A stretch of DNA of 64,000 bases, from assembly GCA_034780895.1 (NCBI GenBank), contig JAUZTB010000057.1, positions 29,879,313 through 29,943,312 of the forward strand, written 5' to 3'. Shown here piece by piece: positions 1 through 11,800 of the stretch. Position 1 is the stretch's first letter; every line of letters starts with the position of its first letter. Source of the stretch: Rhynchobatus australiae (taxonomy: Eukaryota). The translations under genes and the position numbers were made by a program. Below the pieces are notes generated by a model. It was not told the DNA's origin. It made no database searches and worked only from the letters and a program-made list of their open reading frames with translations.

Positions 1-879
1 GTAGTTGCAAAGAACCTTGTGGCAAAGAACATCCAGTTGTGGCACAAAGCCCACCTTTGGTATGGTGTCCCAAATGTGCTGCTCCAAAGCACAGGGAGGG
101 CTGAATCGCACTCCACTGCAGGGTTAACCCATTCCCACTCTCTCCTCCACCTACAATTCACCCACCACTGACTTTCTCCCAACTCCCTCTCCAGCTCCTC
201 CAAAGAGAGGGCAGATCCAATCCAATTCTCAGCCAACAGCCTCAAGCGTAGCAAGAAGGTGACAACTGGGAATGTGGACATTGGGATCTAACAACTGGAA
301 ATGGGGAGAAACCATAATAGTTACTTTTTAAAGGGAGGCTGTCCAAATTTTTTTTTGAGTTTCATGGTAACCACATCCCCAGCACATTTGGTGTGCCGGC
401 AAAACTCAGCATTCATTTAGCATGACAAAAAATGATGAAATCCAATTTCGAGGATTATATTTCTAAATCATTGAAGTTAAAAAGTGACCTTTTCAATAAT
501 TTATTACAAAAGTATACATGCAAAACCATGCTAAAGTGGCTTAAACTGTGATATAAATTGAGGCAGTCAATCAATGACAGTGAATCAGCGTACAGGCACA
601 AGAACAGACATCAGCGTGTGGCAATGTCAGAGCTACACTCTAGCTGCTNNNNNNNNNNNNNNNNNNNNNNNNNNNNNNNNNNNNNNNNNNNNNNNGTTAA
701 AACTAAAAGAACACAGGCAAGTACCACCTGCACAGGGCACCATGCATATGGTTCCATAACAAAATAAAGCCAGCTGATCATGCAGCAGTTTCACCTGACC
801 CAAGCAGCCCAATTAATAGGTCAGGGCAGCCTTACGATTAAATGTACTACAAAATCAGAAAATGTTAGAGCCACTCCCC

Positions 880-1545
880 TTCTCATGGCATGTTCCCATG
901 CAACACTTCTCCTTTCAGCTCTTCGCCTCCCACCATCCATGGACTGAAGCAATCCTTCCAGGTGAAGCAGCAATTCACTTGCACACACTGCTTCCATTTG
1001 AGAGCATTGTATTCAGAGCTCATGCTGTGATCTCTACTGGAGAAACCAAGTGCAGATTGGGTGACTGCTTTGCAAAGAATCTCCATTCTTTCACAAGGGT
1101 GGCCATGAGCTTCCGGCCAGCTGTCACTTTAAATTTCCACCCCATTCCTACTCTTATCTCTCAGTCTTTGCTCTCCCTTGTTGCTCTAACGATGATGAAC
1201 TCAAACAACAGCACCCCATCTACTGCTGAGAACTAATATTGTATTTAACTATTTCAGGTAACCATTTTTTCTTCTCCAAATTTATTTTTGAATTTGTATA
1301 TTTTTTCTTGGCCATCTCCAACTACCACATTTTGAAGTAATTACTACCTTGACAACTTTGGCCTGCACCCTACAGACATTCTCCCTGTTCTCTCCATACA
1401 TAGCTGTCCCTGCAACTTAACATACTTGATTTTTTTAATTTTCCAGGTCCCTGACCCAAAATGTCGATTCCATTTCTCTCTTCTCTGATGCTGCTTGACC
1501 TGCTAAGTGCTTCCAGAAATTTCTGTTTTTGCGTCGGAATTGTAT
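880..1545 (+). mobile_element. Penelope-like element remnant (GIY-YIG endonuclease fragment plus terminal repeat)
   Basis: Degenerate translation TGETKCRLGDCFAKNL resembles the YIGETxRxLxxRFxEH GIY-YIG motif; followed by the recurrent GATGCTGC..GACCTGCT...TCCAG terminal motif. Confidence 0.65.
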
Positions 1546-1783
1546 NNNNNNNNNNNNNNNNNNNNNNNNNNNNNNNNNNNNNNNNNNNATCTGGTGGGCT
1601 ACTATCAATACTGCACATAATCTTGGAGAGGAAAATTTCCTTTTTGCTCCGAGATAATACACTTAAAACAGAAATACACTTAAAATGCTTCACAAAATCA
1701 ACACTTTGGCCCCACCCTCTCCTCCCATGCTTGACCTAATCGCCTAACTAACTACCCAAGATACAAAACTGCAAAAGTAATTA

Positions 1784-2179
1784 CAGTAAAGCTCCTGACA
1801 ATCAGACCCCATCAGGATTCTGGTGGTGCTGGACTGGCAGTTTTTCTGGACTATTGGATATTATTCTTATTAATACACCAAACATTTGCAAAAGATTATT
1901 ATCTTAATAAGGATGTTACATAGAAATATAATATATTTTTCAGTTAACCAAGTGAGTTTAAAGCAAGTGTGGAAAATGGGGCTCTGATGATTTAAAAGGG
2001 AGCATGGGAAATAAGCCCCCAATGAGTATAAAAGGAACTCAAGAAACAGGGCCCTGATGAGTATAAAGGGTGTGGGGAAAATGGGGCCCTGATGATTTAA
2101 AAAGGAGCATAGAAACAACCAGATGCCAAGCCATCAGAATTTCAGAAAAATCGAATGGCAGATTATCAGAATTTTAATG
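1784..2179 (+). mobile_element. MITE (CAGTAAA-type ends) with internal 35-bp tandem repeat
   Basis: TA-CAGTAAAGCTC start and degenerate inverted end; about five 35-bp units at 1952-2116; related copies at 14090 and 30524. Confidence 0.6.
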
Positions 2180-2661
2180 CAATTACAGAAGGAACTGAGA
2201 GAAGTACAATGTTTCTGAAACTGTGGGTAAATGGCTCTCATATTTATCGTCATTAAAAGTTAATCATGTGAAGTGGGAGTGCATGCAGAAATTTTAACAC
2301 CAGACTGTTTGTTTAATCACTGCTTAGCAGTCTACATTGAGCTGGTTACATCAGATATATTATAATATTTGATGCTAACAATTTACCAGAATATTGGACA
2401 TTTCAGGTGCAAAGCCTTGCAATATGGTGTTAATTGTGATTCAGTGGTAACTCTCTCACTTCAGATTCAGAAGATAGAGTTCACTATAAGGAGAGGGGGA
2501 ACAGGACTAATGGCCTTCGTGGGAGCTGCATGAACCCAATAGCCTCCTTCTGGTATTATTATAAATAATTACATACAGTTTAGAAAAGAGTAAATAAATG
2601 TTGTACTGGGTTTGGAAAATGCAGACTCACTAAAGATTACACAATAAAACAGTCACTGTAC

Positions 2662-2815
2662 CTGGTCTAAGCAGTGTTAAGCCACATCCACCACCTCCTG
2701 CGCCAGTCAATTTGCTGTGCAGACCATATGTTGCAGTTACCTGACATAACCTGTCCAATGAGGAATGACCCACTCCAATGACATTCAGGTGATGCTGGTT
2801 AATGTCAATAAGTTC
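2662..2815 (-). CDS. MVK: MVK coding exon 9
   Basis: [51 protein letters not shown], 154 nt. Confidence 0.96.
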
Positions 2816-5800
2816 CTGAAATCATAGAGAAATCACAATTGTAAGACAGAAAATTGGAACAGGTAAATGTTCTGCTGACCTCGTGTGCAATCTTAAATTT
2901 GTATAAGATTGCAGTCCACTAATGGCTCAATATTGCCGAAAGTCAGTGTCAAAGGTCACGTGGAGAACAGTAAGTTGGTTCAGGTAAACAGCATCTTCAG
3001 AACTGGAAGACCAAATTATACTTTTAAAGAAGTCATTGGAAAGTAGGAGTTTATGCCTATAATCTGTCATCTGTCCCTTTCAATCTGTCATCAATTTCAC
3101 CTCTCTTCTTGCACTACATTTCCCTCTGCAAATATATACTTATTGTTCCTTAAAACAAATTGAGCACTTAAATCTGTGTCTTTCAAAATGTATGACATAA
3201 TCCTGTTACTTATGTTGTATTAAAAAAACTTTGCCTCATTTTGCCTCTATATTTCTTACTTTTCTTCTCACTTTAAATCAATTGCATATCTAAACCCTGT
3301 ACAACAGATCAAATATTATTTATATTAATATCTTTAATATAATCCACTTCAGTAACCAGAGTTCCAAAGAACATTATTCAACAAGATACTTAACGTATCT
3401 TCATTGCAGAATTATTTTCTCAAAACTCACTCTTAAAGCTCAAGTGTACAGTAATTGATTTGAGATAATTAATCATCCTCAGCAGTGTACATATAGGTGC
3501 TGTTGTCAAATACATTAACAAAATCTGAGGCTACCCCAGCATGAGTTAACCATTATTTTCAGTTGAACAAATACAAGTTAACAAACACATGGAATTTGTA
3601 GTTTCTTCCTGTAAAATCTAAAAGCCATCAACTATATTACTTAAGTTATAATATGCCCAGATTTTTACTAATGGATTAAACTGTAATGGGAGATACATGT
3701 CAAATTTACCTCCAGGATTGTGTAGTGTTCATTTATATCACTGCCAGATGCAATAGCAGCCAGAATGCGCTCACATTCGCATGAAATAGCATCTATTGAG
3801 TCCAGCACAGGTTTTATTATGCTTGGTAACTAAAACAAGAAGAAAATAACTTTATTCACTATTTGCCTTTATTTAATTATAACAAGCAGGCAGAAGACAA
3901 CCAAACCATAAATCTCTCGTAAGTTTTGGTACCCAAGATAAAAGTTCCTCAATTTTGCCATCAGATTTCTCCTTCAACAAAAAAGTACTTTGTGCTCTTC
4001 AAGATATGTTAAATTGGCATTAAGAAAACATCAGTGTTATTGAAAATAATGGTAGTGAAAGGTGATAAATCATCTTAATCTGATAACCTGCATCCTAAGG
4101 TTCTGAAGGAGGTAGTTAAGGAGATAATGGATGCACTGGCAGTTGTCTTCCAAAACTCCATGGGCTCCAGAACAGTTTCCACTGATTGTGGCAGTAACCT
4201 GACATCAGTAGTAGGGACAATGGTGGAATTTAGTATTCAGTAATTGTTACCTCAACAATTTTGGTCTGCACCCTGTTCTCTGTATTCAACCCCCTTTCTG
4301 TTACATGAAACACACTTATTTTCTCACTTTTACAGATCTGATGAAGGGAACTTGACCAGAAACATTCATTCCATTTCTCCCCTATAAATGCTGCTTAACC
4401 TACTGAATGCTTCTAATATTTTTTGTTGTTGTTTTGGGATTTCCAGCACCTGCTGCTTTTTGTTCCAGCAGTTAAAAAGTTGTGGATTAGAGTCATAGAG
4501 TCACAAGAAATTCAGCACAGAAACAGGCCCTTCAGTCCAACTGGTCCATGCTGACCAAGATGCCCATCTAAGCTGGTCCCACTTGCCTGCCTTTGGCCCA
4601 TATCCNNNNNNNNNNNNNNNNNNNNNNNNNNNNNNNNNNNNNNNNNNNNNNNNNNNNNNNNNNNNNNNNNNNNNNNNNNNNNNNNNNNNNNNNNNNNCCC
4701 TCTGCGTGAAGAAGTTGCTGCTTAGGTCCCTTTTAAATCTTTCCTCTCTCAACTTAAATCTACACCCTCTTTTTTTTAAAATTCCCTGTCCCTGCAAAAA
4801 AGATATATAGGGTGAAATCACCCTATCAATCTATGCCCCTCATGATTTTATACACCTGAGGTTATCCCTCAGTCTCCTGCACTCCAATGAATAAAGTCCC
4901 AGTTTGCCCGACCTCTCCCTACAAGTCAGGCCCTCCAGTCCTGGCAACATTTTGTTGGAACCAAACCGGGGTTTTCAAAGTCAGTGAAACTGTGGGAAGA
5001 AAATCACCTCACCCCAATGAATTGTAACCTGTTCTTTCCTCTTCCCACTGAATGTTTTAAATGTTTGTATTTTCATTAACAATGCTTCTGCATATGGGTA
5101 ATCAAAAGTGAAAATAACACCTATGAAATTAAAAAAAAGTTGAGAGCTGTCTCCAGTTAATTCAGATAAAGCTGGTGTAAACAGTTCATGAGTGCTTATT
5201 CTGAAATGATTCCTCACTCCTTCCACTCATAATCACCAAAGCAAATGCACAGGTCAACGAGCTCTGACGTTTGAGCTTGGAACCAACCTGATACAAGTAC
5301 ATAAGTTTGATGACCAGGAGACTGGCAAGACTTCAGAAGATCATGCCTGCCATTAATCCCGATGTATTTATGAGCCTACTGTAGACAGCAATAGTAGATT
5401 ATAAAAGGGAAAAGAAATAGAAGCAGAGCAAAAGGAGATGGAGAGAGAAGATCACGAGATCAGAATCCAAAACCCTTTGTTTCTGCTGACAGGAAGCATT
5501 AAAAGAAAAACAAGTAACAAACCTTATTAAGTTTGTCCCTCACTCCAGCTACTAATACTTTAGTGCTTCTTGAGACTTTTGTGTTAGTAAGCAGTATCCG
5601 TAGAGTGGGAACTCTGATAGCAAACAATAAACAATTATCAAAACTTAATTGAATGTATTCAGATATTTTATTTATTTTACTTACTTTATAGCAACATTAA
5701 ATCTACATGCATTCACTGCCAATACATTCTCCATTCAAAAGGAAAATCTTTTCAGACCCAAAGAACCACTGCCTTCAAGAATACAGTGAATACGCTGTGC

Positions 5801-8800
5801 TTTTGTCACTCAGTGAGCTGAAACTAAACAAGATGCTGAATACAAGCAGCAGGACATGAGTATGCTGTGACTTGCTGTGAGTTTTTTTTAGAAAAATAGG
5901 AAGTTAATGTAATTTAACAGAAAGATCAACTAGGTATTTTTAAAACATAAAATAAGAATACTAAATACAAAAGTTACTTTGCTTACTAGTTGCCTCATTT
6001 ATTAAAATTATTCCCTATCTATAACAAACAGATTAAATATAATCAAATTTTATGGTACAGCTTTTCAACTTGTGTTTTAAGATCCAAGGAATCTCTATGT
6101 GGACAGCACAGAGACCGGAGGGTCATCTGTTTCGGTACTGCATTCTCCAAGTACTATTTCTCTTCAGGACACACATATTCAGAAGTTGGGGTAAATGATC
6201 ATATTTCCAGGATTCAGGAAAATTTAAGAATACTGACGACACATTAAAAACAGATTACTGCAAAACAGTTATAAAACTGAAACAACAACAAAAAAGAACA
6301 AGAACCATAGCAAACATCGGCAAGGAATTTTACTATTTTAGTTTCAACTCATCCTCACAGCTGTCTGAGGTACACATAAACGTTGTTCCAATCAATCTCA
6401 TTTGCAGACCTGACACTTTCATATGTTAAAAAACAGGGTAGATCATGTGGCTCCTTAAACCTTCTCAGCCATTCAAAAAGATTGTGGTTGAACCCATGCC
6501 TCAAGTCCACATTCACACCAGATCATTATAAACTCCAATTCCCTTTTTAATCCACCTCATCCTCCAATGCACTCATGAACTGAGAATCCATAGCCCTCAA
6601 TGGCAAAGAAATTTGAAGATTTACAACCCTCTGGTTGAGAAAATTTGTCTTCATCTCCACACTAATGGCAGACCACTTATCCTTCAAAGGTGGCTCCACA
6701 TTCTGGACCTGCCTTGTAGAAAAAAAGTCACTCAGTGTTTAATAAAAGTCAAAAAGATTGCAAATGCCAGAAGTCTGAAATAGAAACAGAAAATGCTGAA
6801 AACATTGAGCAGATCAGGCAGGATCTATGCGAAGAAAAACAGTGTTGTCCTGGGTGTCAATAAGCTCACATCTCATTCATTCTTCTAAACTCTAGTGAGT
6901 CCATGTCAATCTCACCTGCTTTCTCATTAGAACATTGCCTTCATCCCACAAAGTAATCTAGTGAATCAATGCTACAATCAATCCATAGCAAATATATACT
7001 TCAGATACAACAGCAAAACCACACACAGCATTCCAAATGAGATATTACCAAAGCTTGAACAATCTCACCACGACTTTGTTACTTTTGTACTCTGTGAAAC
7101 GCAGATCACAGCAGCTGCTGAAAGTCTAAGATAAAGGAGAATGCTGGAAACACCCAGCAGATCAGGCAGCATCTGTGGAGAGAGAGAAAAAAATGGTCCA
7201 GGTGGATGATCTTATGAAAGAACTGACCAGTCTGGCTATGTGAAATTGTTGAATTGAATATATGGTCCAGAGCACAGGAATATAGTCAGCCAGAAGGTAA
7301 ATCTGTTCCTCAATCCTGAGAGGTCAGTGCGAAAGTGGAATGGAGAATGCTAGTGAAAGGCAAGTGGAAACTCAGGATGACCCTTGCGTACTGAATGCAT
7401 GTTCTCTGTAAAGTAGTTGCCCAATTTGTATTTGGTTTCTCCAGTTTAAAAGAAGACCAGGTCATGAGCACTAAATACAATATACTAAATTGTAAGAATG
7501 CAAGTGAATTATACTTCATCTGGAAGGACTGTTTGGGTCTCTGGCAGTGGGAAGGGACTAGTTGTTGTGTACAAAAAAGCCAGTCATTTTAATTCTTCAT
7601 ACCACCCCTGCTCCCACTTTGCCTTATTTGGATAAATGACATAATATTTCACAAATATTAAGACATAGACATTGGCTGCAACCTTTCCCGCAATCAGAGG
7701 AAGGGCGAATCTACAAAGTCATTGTTGGCAAAGTAAATGCCAAGAGTCTCTTTCCTCTCAGTCTAGAAGTAGGGGATGTAATTTCAGGATAAAAGGTCAG
7801 CAATTTAGGTTGGAGGCAAAGAGAAATCTACACAACAGGTGGTATATCTTTGGAATTCTCTACCTCAGAGGATTGTGGATACTCAGATGATGAGTATATT
7901 AAAACTCGACATTCGTACATTTTTAGAAACTTATGAGAACATGAAAATCACTTAGAAAAGTAGAATTGAGGCACATGATCAGCCACGATATTTTTGAATG
8001 ATGAAGAGGCTATTATGGCCTGCTCCTGCTTCTATTATTCATCTCCATGTCCAACTGCTGTAAATTTCCTCGTGGTTGACTGAAAAACACCCAAAATTTC
8101 CAAAAAGAGAAAGGATAGAAGAGCACCTGTCAAAACGTTACAATTTTTAAGAAAAACAAATAAAGAAACAAAACACACATGAGGTAAATAGGATTAAGTT
8201 ACTGGAGCTATGAAGTTAGAGTATCAAATTTAATTAAGTCATTCTAAGAACGGAAAACAAGATCAATAATTTTAAGCACAAAAATGTACATTACTGAATT
8301 ATATTACCAAATAAACTCTTCACTATCACCTCAATATATTTATTTAATAAATTTGTCAATAATAAATTACTTTATTCTTAACTTTTCATTGGACTATATT
8401 CAAATAGTATAGGGTTATTAAAATTAGTACTACATTCCATGTAAAGCAATTTTCTAAATTCATTAAGAATGAATAAAAAAAATAGGTACCTGGACAAAGG
8501 GATAATTTTACCTGCATGATACCTCAACACTCCTCCTAAAGGTACAAGAAAAGAAATTCTTAAGATTGGAAACATTATACTGCCATAAAAAAGTACATTT
8601 TATAACTTAAACCTTGAGATCTTTGATGAACATATTGAATCTCTGGGGTAAATTTTTAACTGAACGTCAATTAAACAGCAAATTGTTTCAGTGGATAAGC
8701 CAGTTTCATTCCCAGTTTGTGTCCAGCAACTAATTTCATCCGTCAGTGTGATTGACTACCACATAGTGACCGTTACAAAAGGTAAATTCGGCTAGAATTT

Positions 8801-11800
8801 TTGATCACTTCCGAGCAACTCCGACTAAAGTGCACCTTTTTGGATTGGTGTAATACCTCCCACAGAAGCTGAATCATCTTAAGACTGATGAATGAATAAA
8901 AGGCATTGGAGAATGACTGGCATTATAACTTGGCAAAGAAATCATTTCATTTGAACAGAAACACAATCCCATAAGCAAAATCCACGTCATCAGCAATTCA
9001 ATTTGAACAAGAATGCTGAATTTAAAGAAAGTAAAAATGCAACTGGTGCTATTAGTGAAATTCTGTATCACCATAAGACTGATTGGGTGCATTGGCTATA
9101 TTGATGATTAACCCTTGCAGCATACAAAGTTTGGAAAATTTCAAGCTCCCTCATTATGCACACTTAACTCATATGCTCAATGCTGACTCAAATCCCATCA
9201 CCACACAGGTAAGTCTTTGAAAATGAGGCCTCCACTTTTCTAATTTCAATCATAGGATACTATTCAAAGAATGGTTCCCAGATGGGCTGCAGCATTTCAA
9301 GGCAACTACCACCATTTATTGCCATGGGCAATAAACGTTGGTCTTGCCAGTGGCACCCACAAATCATGAATAAATAAAATAATATTTTTGTTAATTTATT
9401 TGTTCACATGACAACAGCTTTGGCAATAGTGGCATTGATTTCCTATGTCCAATTGCTCCTGAACGAATGAGTCAGTTAAGAATCACCATACTGTATTACT
9501 GAAGCAGAATACCAGATTTCCTTCCCAGAAAAAATTAGAAAGCCAGATGAATTTTTAATGATGAATCGGTAATTTCATGATTACCATTACTTGGATTATC
9601 TTGCTTTTATTTTTAATTTCTAGAGTGAGATAATTATGTAGATTATTTGGCTGTAATTTAGCTGATCAACATATGAATGAACCCAGTGATGAATTCTGAG
9701 TTTAAGAAGAGTTGAACTGTATATTTTATGAACAATCAATATTAGTTCCCTAAACAAACATTTTATCGAGTGGTAAGATAATAAAGAATTTAAAATCAAC
9801 CTGCATAGATGACTATTTTCAGAAATTAGTTAATTTCAAGCAAGGAGGAAGGAACTCTGATTCACTTGTGCTTTTCACCAGCTGAAAGTGGTACATCACC
9901 TGTTCTGAGAAAGACTATTAATCAATTCTTTAAACTACAAAAACTGTTACAAGGATTTAGTTTAAGGTCATATTGAACTTTGCCTATTGCAAATAATCTC
10001 AATTACACCAAATCTACATTATTATTGAAAGTGGCCGTCTAACCTTTCCTTCGATTTCTCTCAGATTATATTGTATGTTCTTCTTTGCTTCCTACCTTCT
10101 AATGACATTTAGCTCAAAAAGGTGATCACTAGATCTCGGTCTTTATAAGGACTTCATAGCAATACTTCCTCCACCATGCATCTCCAGGCCTTGTACTTCC
10201 CACTTCCTGCCCTCCAATATTCAGACTGCTAGATCCCCCTCCCTACTTTCTCGATGAATTACAAGGTTTTTCTAATTTATTCTTTGACTACCTACCTCCA
10301 ATTACAAACTACCAGCAAGGCTGGAGTTCCAGATCTGTAGAGAAGTAGTTAAATAATGCACAAATGATAAATCCAATCTGCCACTGTGAGCATCCTATCT
10401 GGTGTGTCACAATTTACTGCAAGCATTTCACAGGATCACAATCAGAACAAATACAGAGTGTAATCATTAACAGTTCCATTGTCAGTCACTCCCTGAAGGA
10501 AAGGTTATGTAGCTTGTAATATTTTCTTAATAACTAATAAAATTTACAGTACACAAATAGACTATCTGCCTCAAGTGGTCTGGCCAGTGTTTGGGCTGCC
10601 CAAACCTTCTCCCAATTGATTTCATTTAATCCTATTAGTATAAGCTTCTATTTCTTTCTCCTTTGTGTAGCAATATTTCTTCATATGAAATGGTTGAGCC
10701 AAATAGCATAAATGCTATTAATCAATTCTTTAAACTACAAAAACTGCAAAAAATACAAGAATTAATCAATTCTTTAAACTACATAAATGCTATTTGGCTC
10801 AATCACTTCATATGGCATCAAATTTCATATTCAATTAATGACAAAGAGCCAAAAAGAATTGGAGTAAAAGATCTTTCTACTGGAGGCAGATAAGACAGTA
10901 TTTTATATTCGAAGGAAAGAGTGACATAACTCAAGGCACTAAAGGAAGTGACGATTAACTGCAGAAACTGCTGACCATAACAGCATGTAAAATGAAACAA
11001 AATGGACATATGCACATACAAATACAAAATTATTAGAGCACTAGAGAGCAATTAACCCTTAAGTCTTTGTGGACTCTGATATGAATTGTCAAGAATTCCT
11101 TCAATTCAATTGCCCAAAAGTGATCAGCAAAAGGTTGTTAATTTATTTAATATTATTAATTTCTCAATGAAGGATTGCAAATCCTACTTTCCTCCAGTTC
11201 GAATTGCTGTGGAGGGCATCTGTGTATATTCTTTCTGGCACCAGGTTACTCAGCAGAGACATCTCGTCTTCCATCCCACTAAAGGAAGTTACAGATGTAC
11301 CAATGCCATAACTCATACCCTTTCTCTCTATAAGCAAGATACCTGACACAGTGCTGTCCCTAAAATTTTCAGTATTTAACCAATGGTAAAAAGTGTCTCA
11401 CTAGACAGTTTGATGTGCATGGAATAGGGTTTCCTTGTGGTTCTTTTTGTTTCAGACTACATCACAATATGGATAAAGATTTTATGGGTCTTTCATGTTG
11501 ATTTAAAATTGTTGACTGGATATTTTGCCAGAAGAAAGAAAATATCGATTGCAAGGATGTAAATTGCTGCATTTCATGTATTTTCTTAGTCTGCTGGGTG
11601 AACCCAGCATACAATAAACACTGGTTTTTGCATTCTGTGAGATTAGATCTTTTAAGACCCTTCCCAATTTAGGTCACGGGCATTTAGAAATGCAAAATTC
11701 ATATCCTTCACATTGTTGAATACTAGTACATTTGTGAAAGAATTGCTGCAAGTTCTAATTAGTGGCAAAAATGTTCCAACTTTAAGATACAAAGAAATGT

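Noticed and set aside
1952-2116. Regularly spaced 35-bp repeats as a possible CRISPR-like array
   Set aside because: Units are head-to-tail with no unique spacers, degenerate, inside a MITE in a vertebrate intron, and there are no cas genes.
1-2661. Search for the final MVK exon
   Set aside because: No segment resembling the expected C-terminus (GFDCxETSIGxPGV) was found; it presumably lies beyond the left edge.
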